From Deltaproteobacteria bacterium (lineage in GTDB: Bacteria > Desulfobacterota > Dissulfuribacteria > Dissulfuribacterales > QOAL01), in the NCBI GenBank assembly GCA_015489365.1, contig WFZW01000189.1, positions 1-59,628 of the forward strand: a stretch of 59,628 bases of DNA, given 5' to 3'. The notes beneath the pieces were generated by a model. The model was not told where the DNA came from and did not search any database. It was given only the letters and a program-made list of their open reading frames with translations. This document shows positions 33,318 through 45,030 of this stretch, in pieces. The position numbers were made by a program, and so were the translations under genes. Within the stretch, counting starts at the first letter, position 1. Each line of letters opens with the position of its first letter.

Positions 33318-33626
33318 ATGAAGATTTCAGATATGAACCAGAAGGCTCAAATGGTTACGTCCTACATGAATAATGTGCAGAATACCCAAAATAACCAGGG
33401 GCCGAAACCAGAAAAGGCAGATGTACCAGCAGGTACGGACCGGGTTGAATTGTCTTCAAATTCACGCATACTGCAGCAGGTGAACAAGGCGGTCAAGGCC
33501 GAGGATCCACAGAGGGCCGAGCATGTCAAGATGATCAAGGAACAGGTCCAGAATGGTACCTACGATGTGGATCCTGAAAAGGTTGCCCAGGGCATGTTGA
33601 AGGACTTGATCAAGGATATGGGATAG
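33318..33626 (+). CDS. flgM: Anti-sigma-28 factor FlgM
   Basis: 102 aa from the ATG at 33318. The C-terminus VKMIKEQVQNGTYDVDPEKVAQGMLKDL matches the FlgM sigma-28-binding region. Confidence 0.8.
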   Translation: MKISDMNQKAQMVTSYMNNVQNTQNNQGPKPEKADVPAGTDRVELSSNSRILQQVNKAVKAEDPQRAEHVKMIKEQVQNGTYDVDPEKVAQGMLKDLIKDMG

Positions 33627-33669
33627 TATTGCCAAGCCTCCTTATTCTCCTCCTCATCTCCTCCCCATC

Positions 33670-33696
33670 GGGAGGGGGCTGACCTAGCCCCCTCCC
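33670..33696 (+). terminator. GC-rich hairpin downstream of flgM (terminator-like, no clear U-tract)
   Basis: GGGAGGGGGC, a 7-nt loop, then GCCCCCTCCC: a perfect 10-bp stem. Confidence 0.4.
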
Positions 33697-33843
33697 AGAT
33701 CCCAATCTCTTCCACTGAATTTTAAATACCCCCCTCATGTATCTGCGCCACATTCTAAATGTCGGATAAGATATATTATGTAAAATAATTTATCCAAATA
33801 AAAAAGCCAGTTAATGCAAGTTCGCCATTTTGTGGCCATTTTG

Positions 33844-35001
33844 TCAGTCATTTTGATACTTGGTGAGGCGGCCGATCTTTCTGTTGATTTCAGACGATAA
33901 GAGTGCCTGTTTCCTGATTTCTCTCAATGCGTTCAGGATGTCTTCCTGGCCTGGTAGCGGTTCGTCTTCCATCTCGAATATCAGTAGTTCGAGCTTTCCA
34001 ATTATTACCTGGAGGGGTTGATTCAATTGATGGGAAAATGATCCTATGGTGTTCAAAGAATCCTGAAGCCTTTTTGTTTCACCAACGGTTTTTTTGAGTT
34101 CAAGGAGCTTAAAACCCCTTGAAATACCATTGACCAGTATCCTTGCATCACATGTGGCGGGCATAGTCTCCTCGAACCCTTTAAGGTACGGACCCCATGC
34201 ATCAATATCTACTTCCGGTGGTGCAAGCCACAGGATATAGACATTTTCACATATCTCCCTATGTTTGCACAGTCTTTTCGAAAACTCGAGCCGTTCGATA
34301 TCAGAACGGCCTGGTCCTATGACTAGACAGTAGGCCTGCCCACTTTTTAGAAGTGAAAGAACATCCTTAAGGTTGACGAACGTATCTATCCTGTAGCCCC
34401 TCGATGCGGCCAAGGTTTTGAGGATAGACTGGTGGCTCTTGATAATAGATGAATCTATCAATACCTTCCCTGCCTCTGCATCTTTCCCTTCCTGGCTCCC
34501 GTTAGGATTGATCAGCTGGCAATACCTGTCACGGCGAAGGTCTTGTTTGAGGCTTTCGAGAAGGGATGCCGGGGATGAATAGTTTTCAGGTCCTACGCTC
34601 ACCACCCCCGATGCAACGGGATATTGCCGGTCGAGCTCCTTGTCTGCCTCTTCGGAAATAGTCCTTTTGAGTCTCAGGGCCGCTGCCTCTCCCCCTGCTT
34701 CGTACGCATTGGGAAGTATCGCCGCGAACATGGCAGTATCTACACGATAAAAAAAATCACTTTTTCTGAGCACCTTGGCGAAGACCCGAGCAACCAATCC
34801 AGGATAGGCATCATCTGAAGGTGAAGGTGCCTTCGTCAATTCCTCATCTCCACCAAAGATATCCAGAAGCAGAAGCGTAATGCGGTGGCCATACCTGCGG
34901 ACCCGTGCCAGCTCCCTTTCGAGATCCTCCAAGAAGGCCTCCGCGTTTCTCAGTCCGGTAGCCTGATCAATATGGGTCTTTTGGGAATGGATCCTTTGCA
35001 T
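33844..35001 (-). CDS. Degenerate GGDEF / pseudo-receiver / DHp (HisKA-like) signalling protein lacking an ATPase domain
   Basis: The N-terminus [14 protein letters not shown]...LLLLDIFGG...FFYRVDTAMFAAILP follows a GGDEF fold with the signature replaced. The middle KVLIDSS...CLVIGPG region is REC-like but lacks the acidic pocket and acceptor Asp. The C-terminus has the H-box SFSHQLNQPLQVIIG. I prefer the ATG at 35001 (GGAGGG SD upstream). Confidence 0.65.
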   Translation of the reverse strand: MQRIHSQKTHIDQATGLRNAEAFLEDLERELARVRRYGHRITLLLLDIFGGDEELTKAPSPSDDAYPGLVARVFAKVLRKSDFFYRVDTAMFAAILPNAYEAGGEAAALRLKRTISEEADKELDRQYPVASGVVSVGPENYSSPASLLESLKQDLRRDRYCQLINPNGSQEGKDAEAGKVLIDSSIIKSHQSILKTLAASRGYRIDTFVNLKDVLSLLKSGQAYCLVIGPGRSDIERLEFSKRLCKHREICENVYILWLAPPEVDIDAWGPYLKGFEETMPATCDARILVNGISRGFKLLELKKTVGETKRLQDSLNTIGSFSHQLNQPLQVIIGKLELLIFEMEDEPLPGQEDILNALREIRKQALLSSEINRKIGRLTKYQND

Positions 35002-35665
35002 CTTTATGCCCTCCATCTAGCTTTATAGGTGCACAATATAAAACAATAAAATCAGCAGTTAGATCCAATTTATCATATACAGTGCCAAGATTTGGGGTGG
35101 GTTTTCCCGGAAGTCCCAGTATTGCAGAAACGGCCTTTTCTATACGAAAACCCACGGAAGAAATACTTTTCTTTATATCCTCAAGGGATAGAAACGTGGC
35201 GTATCGATAGAGCCTGTGCCCCTGTGCCTTCCTGTATCGGTAGTACATTCCCCATTTAGAATTCTTCGGCACAAATCCGATTATCAATGAGCCGTTGGGC
35301 ACAAGAACGCGATGCACTTCATGGAGGGCCTGGTTGATATCCCTTAGAAAGCAGATGGTAAAGAAGAAGAAGGCCTGTGAGAAGCTTGTATCCTTGAAAG
35401 GCAAGGCCTCGGCAACGGCCTGGACGCACCTTATGCCCCTGGCCTTTGCAATGTTCAACATCTCGAGCGCAGGGTCGACACCATAGCCTATTCCCAGGGC
35501 AGCTGCGAACCTGCCCGTACCAACCCCTACCTCAAGAGAGCCTGGAGAAACACGAATTAAACGCCTGATCGCCTTAAGCTCCGTCTTGAATAACGGATTA
35601 TCCTCATACCAGTCATCATATTCCCTTGCGACCTTGTTGAAGGCAGAGGCGACCTGTCTATCCAT
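34967..35665 (-). CDS. Class I SAM-dependent methyltransferase
   Basis: 232 aa with motif [11 protein letters not shown] and motif post-I/II spacing typical of the Methyltransf_11 family. Confidence 0.8.
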   Translation of the reverse strand: MDRQVASAFNKVAREYDDWYEDNPLFKTELKAIRRLIRVSPGSLEVGVGTGRFAAALGIGYGVDPALEMLNIAKARGIRCVQAVAEALPFKDTSFSQAFFFFTICFLRDINQALHEVHRVLVPNGSLIIGFVPKNSKWGMYYRYRKAQGHRLYRYATFLSLEDIKKSISSVGFRIEKAVSAILGLPGKPTPNLGTVYDKLDLTADFIVLYCAPIKLDGGHKDAKDPFPKDPY

Positions 35666-35686
35666 ATTACCCAGGGGGACAACCTC

Positions 35687-36802
35687 TCATATTTCCTTGA
35701 CGAGTGGCGACCTTTTAGGGATCGAGAAAAAGAAAGAGGCACCCTCGCCAGGTTTACTCTCCACCCATACCTTGCCGCCATGTGCCTCGACAATGCTTTT
35801 TACAACGGCCAGACCTATACCTGAGCCTGGTTTCTGTGATTCCTCGCCCGATTTACCATGCCCCCGGTAAAAGGGATCAAATATGAATGGTAGATCTTCC
35901 GGCCGTATCCCGGGTCCGGAATCCTTAACCTGACAAACTATGGATTCATCCGTTTCTGTAACTTTAATAGTGACAGTGGAATTCTTGGGTGAATATTTTA
36001 GGGCATTATCTATCAGGTTGGTCATAACTCTTTGTAATTGATCCTTGTCTGCCATCAATAGGGGTAGATTCTCCGGGATATCTATTTCTATCTTGATGTG
36101 TTTTTTAGCTGCCTGGAATTTAAAAAGCTCAGCGATTTCGTATATCGTCTTGTCGATACTACAGGATTCAAGGGAAAGGGGGATCTGCCCTGCCTCCATT
36201 CTTAATATGTCTAGGAAGGAACGGATATAGCCATCGAGCCTCTTTATCTCCTTGTCTATGGCCCCCAAATATTCCTTTTGTTTTTCATTCAACGGACCGG
36301 CCTTACCCTTGAGTAGCCTCACCAGAAAGGCCCCGGCAACGGCGATGGGGGCCTTTAAGTCATGGGCAAACATGGAAATCAGGACCCTTTGATGCTTCTC
36401 CATCTTTTTGTGTTCAGTGATGTCACTGAACATCTCCAGTCCTCCTCTTGTTCGCCCATTGTCGTCCTTGAGAAGGGCTGCGGTTAGGATGATGGGTACC
36501 TTGTGGCCATCCTTGTGTATCAGTACTGCCTCTTGCTGTAGGGTCGAGGACTTGCTATTGGGTTTCCCCCCCTTCAGTGGACAGCATTCGTGGCATAGTG
36601 CCCCCTTGAAAATCTCGAGGCACTTCTTGCCGACAACCTCGGATTTTGAATAACCGGTGATTTTTTCAGCGGCTGGATTGAATTCGATGATTATACCGTC
36701 TTCATTCACGGCCAAGAGACCCAGTGGCAGATTGGTAACCATAAGGTCAAACAGCTCTGCCTTGTTCAGCATTTCCTTAGAGAAGGATCCGTTGCAATCC
36801 AT
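35687..36802 (-). CDS. PAS-domain sensor histidine kinase
   Basis: PAS region ([32 protein letters not shown]), H-box [10 protein letters not shown]-box NLIDNALKY, and G-boxes DSGPGI and GSGIGLAV. I prefer the ATG at 36802 (GAGAGG SD upstream). Confidence 0.9.
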   Translation of the reverse strand: MDCNGSFSKEMLNKAELFDLMVTNLPLGLLAVNEDGIIIEFNPAAEKITGYSKSEVVGKKCLEIFKGALCHECCPLKGGKPNSKSSTLQQEAVLIHKDGHKVPIILTAALLKDDNGRTRGGLEMFSDITEHKKMEKHQRVLISMFAHDLKAPIAVAGAFLVRLLKGKAGPLNEKQKEYLGAIDKEIKRLDGYIRSFLDILRMEAGQIPLSLESCSIDKTIYEIAELFKFQAAKKHIKIEIDIPENLPLLMADKDQLQRVMTNLIDNALKYSPKNSTVTIKVTETDESIVCQVKDSGPGIRPEDLPFIFDPFYRGHGKSGEESQKPGSGIGLAVVKSIVEAHGGKVWVESKPGEGASFFFSIPKRSPLVKEI

Positions 36803-36914
36803 AAAACCTCTCTTTTCAGGTAATTTTCTATTGAGCAGGGAGAGACATATCCATATCTTACCAACACCTAATACAGGGAGCACAGGTCCTACCCACAAGA
36901 AAACCTTGTTTCCT

Positions 36915-37994
36915 TCAGGAAGATTCCCCCTTTGCAGGTGGTCCTGAGCAGTAGGTTACCAGTCTGGAGGCTATATCTTTAAAGACATCAACTGCCTCAG
37001 AGTTCGCCTCCAGGGTTACAGGCCTGCCGGTATCACCGCCAGACCTTATGGCAGGATCGAGGGGGATCCTGCCAAGCAATGGCAACTTGAAGGCCTTGGC
37101 GATCTTTTCCCCGCCGCCGCTCCCAAAGATATCCATGACCTTGCCGTCTGGATCACCGGGCAGCCTAAGAAACGACATGTTCTCTACTATACCGATGATT
37201 GGTATATCGTGTCCTCTGAAAAGCCCAATGGACCGTCTTACATCGGCCAGGGCTACCTTCTGGGGTGTGGTAACTATCAAGACACCATCCAATGGTACAA
37301 CAGTAGAGATAGTAAGTGGTGCGTCCCCTGTTCCAGGAGGAAGATCTACCAGCAAAAAATCCAGGTTTCCCCAAAGAACATGACCCAGGAATTCCTTGAT
37401 AGCCTTGTTGACAAGGGGGCCCCTCCATACGATAGGGTCGCCCTGCCCTGCCAGTATGCCGGTCGACATGATCTTCAACCCGTATTTTTCTATGGGAAGT
37501 AACATGCCCCTCGATCCGACGGGTCTTTCCTTTATACCCAACATTATCGGGATGTCAGGACCGTGCATATCAGCGTCAAGTATTCCAACACTATGGCCCT
37601 GTAACGAAAGAGCAATGGCAAGATTGACCGTAACGGTTGTCTTGCCCACCCCACCCTTACCACTTGCGATGGCTATTACCTTCTTTACACCCTTCATCCC
37701 CTCCATCTCAGAGGGAGCCTGACCCAATATGCGTGCCCTTTGTTCGGATGTCATCGGGGTAACCACTACCTTTACATCCTCTATTCCACCGATACCCTTT
37801 ACCGTCTCCTTGACATTATTTTTTAACTTGTCTTTCATGGGTAGGTTGGCCGTGGGCAGTGCAATAGTTACCCTTGCGTGTGGACCAGCGATTTCCACGG
37901 CCTTGACCATGCCAAGATCTACAATGTTTTGTTTTAATTCCGGCTCCTTTACAGCCTTCAAGGCGTCCAGAATCTCCCTCTTAGAAACAGCCAC
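36915..37994 (-). CDS. Mrp/ApbC/NBP35-family Fe-S cluster carrier ATPase with N-terminal DUF59-like domain
   Basis: 359 aa with the deviant Walker A SGKGGVGKTT and an N-terminal ILDALKAVKEPELKQNIVDLGMV. Confidence 0.9.
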   Translation of the reverse strand: MAVSKREILDALKAVKEPELKQNIVDLGMVKAVEIAGPHARVTIALPTANLPMKDKLKNNVKETVKGIGGIEDVKVVVTPMTSEQRARILGQAPSEMEGMKGVKKVIAIASGKGGVGKTTVTVNLAIALSLQGHSVGILDADMHGPDIPIMLGIKERPVGSRGMLLPIEKYGLKIMSTGILAGQGDPIVWRGPLVNKAIKEFLGHVLWGNLDFLLVDLPPGTGDAPLTISTVVPLDGVLIVTTPQKVALADVRRSIGLFRGHDIPIIGIVENMSFLRLPGDPDGKVMDIFGSGGGEKIAKAFKLPLLGRIPLDPAIRSGGDTGRPVTLEANSEAVDVFKDIASRLVTYCSGPPAKGESS

Positions 37995-38085
37995 GTTGAA
38001 ACCCCCTTAAAAAAAACTTATAATTCATTGAAACTAAGAGAAAATTCAAAAGATCACAAAAGCCAGAGAAAGCCGGTTTCTTTCG

Positions 38086-38886
38086 ATGGGTTCGATAGGA
38101 TCTGTTATGCATACCAAGGTTAACACAATGTGCCATAACGTGGCAAAAAAAAAGTCCCGGCTGGATAGATTGCTGGTGGAACGTGGCCTGGCAGAGACAA
38201 GAAACAAGGCCCAGGCCTTGATCGGTGCTGGACAAATCAGGGTAGATGGAAAGCTGGTGGATAAAGCAGGCCAGAATGTCCCGATACACGCAGAGTTGGA
38301 GATCCTTACCCCAGGGATTTCATTTGTGGGACGAGGTGGCGTTAAGCTAGAGCACGGGCTCGATTATTTTGGTATAGACGTAGGGGGCCTGGTTTGTATG
38401 GATGTCGGCGCCTCGACCGGTGGTTTTACCGATTGCCTACTTCAAAGAGGGGCCAAAAGGGTATATGCCGTGGATGTGGGCTATGGACAACTGGACTGGA
38501 GGCTAAGAAACGATCCTAGGGTAGTGGTAATGGAAAGGACGAATATAAGGTCACTGCCTCCCAATTCCCTGCCTGAAAAAATAAAACTCGTTACTATTGA
38601 CACCTCCTTCATTTCCCTAAAAATAGTAGTACCGGCAGCCATTTTGCATATGGCAGAAACGGGTATGATAATAGCGTTGATCAAACCGCAATTCGAGGTA
38701 GGAAAGGGCCTGGTAGGAAAAGGTGGTATAGTGCGGGATCCTGCCATGCACAAAAGGGTTATAGAAGACCTTGAGGCCTTTTTCAGGGATAAAGTTGGTC
38801 TTGTTGTCTGCGGCGTGACCCCTTCCCCGATATATGGAGCCAAGGGGAATAAGGAATTTCTCATTTATTTAAAAAGGAATTATTGA
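38086..38886 (+). CDS. tlyA: TlyA-family rRNA 2'-O-methyltransferase (S4 + FtsJ domains)
   Basis: RLDRLLVERGLAETRNKAQALI is the S4-like part and DVGASTGGFTDCLLQRGA is the SAM motif. The true start may be an internal ATG (38107 or 38128). Confidence 0.85.
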   Translation: MGSIGSVMHTKVNTMCHNVAKKKSRLDRLLVERGLAETRNKAQALIGAGQIRVDGKLVDKAGQNVPIHAELEILTPGISFVGRGGVKLEHGLDYFGIDVGGLVCMDVGASTGGFTDCLLQRGAKRVYAVDVGYGQLDWRLRNDPRVVVMERTNIRSLPPNSLPEKIKLVTIDTSFISLKIVVPAAILHMAETGMIIALIKPQFEVGKGLVGKGGIVRDPAMHKRVIEDLEAFFRDKVGLVVCGVTPSPIYGAKGNKEFLIYLKRNY

Positions 38887-38895
38887 GTATACGCC

Positions 38896-39207
38896 ATGGA
38901 AGACGATGTATTAAAACAGGAAGAGATTGATGCTGAGACCAAACAAGATCTTGAGGAACCTCCCCTCTACAGGGTCTTGTTGCATAATGACAACTATACC
39001 ACGATGGATTTCGTGGTTAGTATATTGGAGGACATATTCCATAAGACCCCTGCCGAAGCCACTGGTATCATGTTAGAAGTCCACAATAAAGGTATAGGGG
39101 TTTGCGGAACATATCAGGCTGAAATAGCTGAAACAAAAATAGATGCGGTACATGCCAGGGCCCGTGAGGCGGGCTTTCCCTTGATGGCTAGCATGGAACC
39201 TGCATAA
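38896..39207 (+). CDS. clpS: ATP-dependent Clp protease adaptor ClpS
   Basis: 103 aa with PPLYRVLLHNDNYTTMDFVV. Confidence 0.95.
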   Translation: MEDDVLKQEEIDAETKQDLEEPPLYRVLLHNDNYTTMDFVVSILEDIFHKTPAEATGIMLEVHNKGIGVCGTYQAEIAETKIDAVHARAREAGFPLMASMEPA

Positions 39208-39220
39208 GAGAGAATCAACC

Positions 39221-41485
39221 ATGATCAGCAAAGATGTAGAATTGATGTTGGGAGCCGCTGCCAGGGAGGCCCATCTAAGGCAACATGAATATCTTTCCCT
39301 GGAGCATCTTCTCTTCGCCCTATTGCATCACAAGAAGGGTGAAGAGGTAATTACCGCCTGTGGCGGCAACTTAAAACGCATAAAAGCACGAATAGAAAAC
39401 TTCTTTGATACGCACCTGGAAAAATTGCCCCAAAATGGCGTCGAAACACCACAGCCTACCTCGGCCCTTCAAAGGGTCTTACAAAAGACTATTATGCATG
39501 TTCAGTCCTCAGGAAAGGAAGAGGCGGATATCGGAGACCTTCTGAGCGCCATTATGACCGAGGAAGAATCATATGCTGTATATTTCCTCAAGCAGGAGGG
39601 CATATCTCGCCTGGATATATTGAACTTCATATCCCATGGCATTGCCAAGGTCTCTTCCCATACCCAGGCATCCATGTCACATGATCCCGAAACAGGACCG
39701 AGGGTGAAGAGCCCACCGCAGAAGAGCGGAGCACTGGAAAGCTTTGCCATTAATCTGACAGAGCGTGCAGCCGAGGGAGCGATCGACCCCTTAGTAGGAC
39801 GGACCTTGGAACTGGAAAGGACCATGCAGATCCTTTGCAGGCGCAGGAAGAACAATCCAATCTATGTTGGAGACCCTGGAGTCGGCAAGACTGCCCTTGC
39901 AGAGGGCCTTGCCCTCAAGATTTGGAATAGACAGGTGCCGGAACCCTTGTTGGATACCGAGATTTTTGCCCTCGATATGGGCTCTCTGCTTGCGGGCACT
40001 AAATATAGGGGCGAATTCGAGGCAAGGCTTAAGGAGGTCATTGCCCAGTTGACCCAACGCCCGCGGGCAATACTCTTTATTGACGAAATCCATACCATAG
40101 TTGGTGCCGGCGCTACAAGCGGTGGCTCCCTGGATGCATCAAACATATTGAAGCCCGTACTTGCCAAGGGAGATATCAGGTGCATAGGTTCCACCACCTT
40201 TGAAGAATACAAGAATTTCTTCGAAAAAGACCGGGCCCTGTCAAGGCGTTTTCAGAAAATAGAGGTCTGGGAACCCAGTATCCAGGAAACGGTTCAAATA
40301 CTAAGGGGACTCAAGGAGCAATACCAGAGTCACCATCATGTGAGATATACGGACAACGCCCTCAAGGCGGCTGCAGAACTTTCGGCAAGGTATATCACAG
40401 ACCGTCACCTCCCTGACAAGGCAATCGACGTAATCGACGAGGCAGCAGCATTACTGAGATTGACAAGGGGGGTTAAACCTGATCCAGGTGTGATTACCGT
40501 TCGTCATATAGAAACAGTGGTTGCCAAAACAGCCAATATACCGGAAAAGAACATAAGTCGTTCCGACATAACGCGCCTGGAAAACTTTGAGGCGGCCTTG
40601 AACAAGGTGGTATTCGGCCAAGAAAAGGCAATCAGCCGCCTCGCTACAGCCATTAAACGTTCCAGGGCCGGTCTTTCCCATCCCGAACGTCCCATAGGAT
40701 CGTTTCTTTTCATAGGCCCAACAGGGGTTGGAAAGACCGAATTGGCCAGGCAGACCGCAATGACGCTGGGGGTTCATTTCCAACGGTTCGATATGAGCGA
40801 ATACATGGAGAAACACGCAGTAGCCAGGCTCATAGGCGCACCTCCAGGATATGTAGGATTCGACCAGGGAGGATTGCTCACGGATGCCATAAGAAAACAT
40901 CCATACTGCGTCCTACTCCTTGATGAGATCGAGAAGGCCCACCCCGATCTGTTCAGTATCCTTCTTCAGGTTATGGATTATGCCACACTTACCGATAATA
41001 CTGGTAAGAGAGCCGATTTTCGCCACGTAATCCTAATAATGACCTCGAACGCAGGTGCCAGAGAGATGGAGAGTCGAACCATAGGGTTTGGTCCTGACAC
41101 GAAGGAAAAGACCAGGAAGGGCGAAGATGCGGTGAGAAAGACGTTTAGTCCTGAGTTTAGAAACAGACTGGACTCTGTTATAGTCTTCAACCAACTGGAG
41201 CAGGATGTCGTTGAGAAGGTGGTTGACAAGCTGATCCACGAGGTCCAGGACCAGCTTGGGTCCAGGAAGATAAAGCTGGTCGTCAGCCCTGAGGCACGTC
41301 ACTGGCTTGCCGTACATGGTTACGATCCAAAATTTGGTGCAAGGCCCCTTGGACGCCTTATCCAACGTGAAATCAAGGATCCTATAGCCGATGCCATCCT
41401 GTTTAAGGGCCTGAAAAAGGGAGACGTGATTCTCGTTGAACTCAAGGACGGCAAACTCGCGTTGAGCTACCAAAAACATAATTAG
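39221..41485 (+). CDS. clpA: ATP-dependent Clp protease ATP-binding subunit ClpA
   Basis: 754 aa with a Clp_N domain and two AAA modules (GDPGVGKTA, GPTGVGKTE). It lies directly after clpS. Confidence 0.95.
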   Translation: MISKDVELMLGAAAREAHLRQHEYLSLEHLLFALLHHKKGEEVITACGGNLKRIKARIENFFDTHLEKLPQNGVETPQPTSALQRVLQKTIMHVQSSGKEEADIGDLLSAIMTEEESYAVYFLKQEGISRLDILNFISHGIAKVSSHTQASMSHDPETGPRVKSPPQKSGALESFAINLTERAAEGAIDPLVGRTLELERTMQILCRRRKNNPIYVGDPGVGKTALAEGLALKIWNRQVPEPLLDTEIFALDMGSLLAGTKYRGEFEARLKEVIAQLTQRPRAILFIDEIHTIVGAGATSGGSLDASNILKPVLAKGDIRCIGSTTFEEYKNFFEKDRALSRRFQKIEVWEPSIQETVQILRGLKEQYQSHHHVRYTDNALKAAAELSARYITDRHLPDKAIDVIDEAAALLRLTRGVKPDPGVITVRHIETVVAKTANIPEKNISRSDITRLENFEAALNKVVFGQEKAISRLATAIKRSRAGLSHPERPIGSFLFIGPTGVGKTELARQTAMTLGVHFQRFDMSEYMEKHAVARLIGAPPGYVGFDQGGLLTDAIRKHPYCVLLLDEIEKAHPDLFSILLQVMDYATLTDNTGKRADFRHVILIMTSNAGAREMESRTIGFGPDTKEKTRKGEDAVRKTFSPEFRNRLDSVIVFNQLEQDVVEKVVDKLIHEVQDQLGSRKIKLVVSPEARHWLAVHGYDPKFGARPLGRLIQREIKDPIADAILFKGLKKGDVILVELKDGKLALSYQKHN

Positions 41486-41497
41486 GACATCGTATCT

Positions 41498-44062
41498 ATG
41501 CCCAATATCCAAACGGTTACCATTGTTCCAAATCTGCCGGAACGCCTTGCCCCTCTAATGGAGATAGCCCGTAATTGTTGGTGGACCTGGACCCCTGAGG
41601 CATTGTACCTCTTCCAGGATATGGATCGGGATGTCTGGGAGCGTACCAGGCATAATCCGGTGGCCCTTCTGGGTACCATCGAACAACCCAGGCTGGAACA
41701 GCTAGAAAGGGATGAAATCTTCCTTGCCCGGATGGAGGGCGTCAAAAGTGAGTTAGACAGGTACCTTAAGGCCCAGACATGGTATAAAAAGGTCAAACAG
41801 GACGAAGACGGGGGGTCTATAGCCTATTTCTCTGCAGAATTTGGCATCCATGAAAGCCTGCCGTTATATTCCGGTGGATTGGGTATCCTTGCCGGTGACC
41901 ATATGAAATCTGCAAGTGATCTCGGCCTTCCTCTCTTTGGCGTGGGGCTCCTGTATAAACACGGTTATTTCAAGCAATACCTGAACCCGGATGGCTGGCA
42001 ACTTGAGACCTACCCATCTAATGATTTCTACAACATGCCGCTTACCCCATTGAAGGACGAAAGCGGGGAATCCATGATGGTCCAGGTCCAGTTGGCCGAC
42101 CGTGTTGTGCATTTGAAGGTCTGGTCCCTGGTGGTTGGTAGGATCAAGATCTATATGCTGGATACGGATGTTCCTCTCAATTCCAGGATGGACAGACAGA
42201 TTACATCCTATCTCTATGGAGGCAACCTCGAGACCAGGCTACAGCAGGAAATCGTCCTTGGTATGGGAGGAATCAAGGTACTAAAGGCCTTAAACCAGAT
42301 GCCAACCGTCTGCCACATGAACGAAGGCCATTCAGCTTTTATGGCCATTGAGCGGCTCCTTCAGCTCGTAAGGAATGAAGGCCTGGGCTATGATGAGGCG
42401 CTTGAGGCCGTAAGGGCTACTAGTGTTTTTACTACCCATACGCCGGTTCCAGCAGGGATAGACAGGTTTCCACCGGATCTAATGCGACGTTATTTTACGA
42501 ACATCGCCAATGAACTCGGTATCGGCATAGAACGTTTCCTGGATCTAGGCAGGATCTATCCTGGCAATACCTCCGAGGACTTCTGCATGGCAGTGCTTGC
42601 CATCAAGATGGCTTCCCAGACAAACGGCGTAAGCAAGCTGCATGGTGAGGTTTCTAGGAAGATGTGGGCAGATATATGGCCCCAAATCCCGAAACATGAG
42701 GTGCCGATAACCCATATCACCAATGGGATCCATACCCTCGGATGGCTATCGAGTGAGATGTCCAGGCTTTATCAGCGCTACCTTGGTTCAAGATGGATCG
42801 ACGAACCTGCCAACCATGCCATATGGAAACGTGTAGAACATATACCTGCCTTTGAACTTTGGCGAAGCAGGGAACGGCTGAGGGAGCGGTTGATTTCCTT
42901 TGCAAGGGCACGGCTCAAGGAACAGCTCGAGTCAAAGGGAGCACCAAAGTATCAACTCAAGGTAGCAGACGAGGTCCTTGACCCAGAGGCCTTAACAATA
43001 GGCTTTGCCAGGCGTTTTGCCACATATAAGCGTGCAACCTTGTTGTTTAAGGATGTCGAACGTCTTAAAAAGATTCTGACCAACGAGGAAAGGCCCGTAC
43101 AGATAATATTCAGCGGCAAGGCACATCCACAAGACAAGTATGGTAAAGAACTGATCCACAAAGTGGTCCAGATGGCCAACACCCCTGAATTCAGGATGCA
43201 CGTGGTTTTCATAGAGAATTACGATATCGAGGTAGCCAGATACCTTGTTCAAGGCGTTGACGTATGGCTCAATACCCCTCGCCGCCCAATGGAGGCAAGC
43301 GGTACAAGTGGAATGAAGGTGCCTGCCAATGGTGGATTGAATCTGAGCATCCTGGATGGATGGTGGGTGGAGGGCTACAGTGGGGAAAACGGCTGGGCAA
43401 TAGGCGCTGGTGAAGAATATGAAGACCATGAATACCAGGATGAGGTTGAAAGCCGCTTGCTATACGAGTTGCTGGAAAATACCGTTGTTCCCCTTTTCTA
43501 TACGCGCTCAACCCACAACATTCCCCACGGTTGGGTTGAAATGATGAAGAAATCCATCCTCTCTCTGTGTCCATACTTTAATACAAACCGCATGGTAGAG
43601 GAATATAGCAAGAGATTTTACCTTCCCAATATATCAAGGTGGCACCTGCTGGCAAAGGATGGATGGAAAGAGGCAAAAGAGGTCTCACGGTGGAAGAAGC
43701 ATGTCATGGAAGTCTGGCACAAGGTCAAGATCAATGATGTCCAAATCCCGCTGAATGGTTCACCGAAGGTGGGAGACCGGCTCCCTATCAAGGCCGTGGT
43801 GGATCTGGGAGAACTTTCTCCGGAAGAAATACGGGTAGATGCGTACATCGGAAGACTTGACGACAAGGGAGAATTGCCCGAAGGCCACCCCCTTCCACTT
43901 CTGCCAACAGGTGAACGACAAGAAGGGGGGTATGTCTTTCAGGGTACCCTATTGTGCCTTTCAAGCGGGTTGATAGGCTTTACCATAAGATGTTATCCCT
44001 TCAGGAAGGAACTGGGGCACAAATTTGAACTTGGCCTGCTGACCTGGTGGGAATCTAAATAG
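41498..44062 (+). CDS. glgP: Alpha-glucan phosphorylase (GT35, GlgP family with DUF3417-type N-terminus)
   Basis: 854 aa with YFSAEFG...SGGLGILAGDH and the PLP region EASGTSGMKVPANGGLNLSILDGWW. Confidence 0.9.
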   Translation: MPNIQTVTIVPNLPERLAPLMEIARNCWWTWTPEALYLFQDMDRDVWERTRHNPVALLGTIEQPRLEQLERDEIFLARMEGVKSELDRYLKAQTWYKKVKQDEDGGSIAYFSAEFGIHESLPLYSGGLGILAGDHMKSASDLGLPLFGVGLLYKHGYFKQYLNPDGWQLETYPSNDFYNMPLTPLKDESGESMMVQVQLADRVVHLKVWSLVVGRIKIYMLDTDVPLNSRMDRQITSYLYGGNLETRLQQEIVLGMGGIKVLKALNQMPTVCHMNEGHSAFMAIERLLQLVRNEGLGYDEALEAVRATSVFTTHTPVPAGIDRFPPDLMRRYFTNIANELGIGIERFLDLGRIYPGNTSEDFCMAVLAIKMASQTNGVSKLHGEVSRKMWADIWPQIPKHEVPITHITNGIHTLGWLSSEMSRLYQRYLGSRWIDEPANHAIWKRVEHIPAFELWRSRERLRERLISFARARLKEQLESKGAPKYQLKVADEVLDPEALTIGFARRFATYKRATLLFKDVERLKKILTNEERPVQIIFSGKAHPQDKYGKELIHKVVQMANTPEFRMHVVFIENYDIEVARYLVQGVDVWLNTPRRPMEASGTSGMKVPANGGLNLSILDGWWVEGYSGENGWAIGAGEEYEDHEYQDEVESRLLYELLENTVVPLFYTRSTHNIPHGWVEMMKKSILSLCPYFNTNRMVEEYSKRFYLPNISRWHLLAKDGWKEAKEVSRWKKHVMEVWHKVKINDVQIPLNGSPKVGDRLPIKAVVDLGELSPEEIRVDAYIGRLDDKGELPEGHPLPLLPTGERQEGGYVFQGTLLCLSSGLIGFTIRCYPFRKELGHKFELGLLTWWESK

Positions 44063-44179
44063 TAGTCCCTAGAGGCCCCTGGTTTTGTCCAACATCGTAT
44101 CCCTTCAAACAAAACGGTTACTTCCCAGAGGCCTCTGCGGTTTCATGTGGCCGAAAAAGGGGTCGTGTGTCAATAGGGA

Positions 44180-44857
<678 letters not shown>

Positions 44858-45030
44858 TCAAAATGATTTTATGCAATATATATGTCAATTCCGGTAAAAA
44901 GCAAATCATTTATTTATCGTAATGCCCTACCCTGTCCAAGGGCCCTGTTTTAATGCCCTGGGAACGCGGCCGGAAGCCACGTGAAGGTGGCTATGCCGCC
45001 GTGGGTAGATCATGCAAAGGAGGGGGATAA

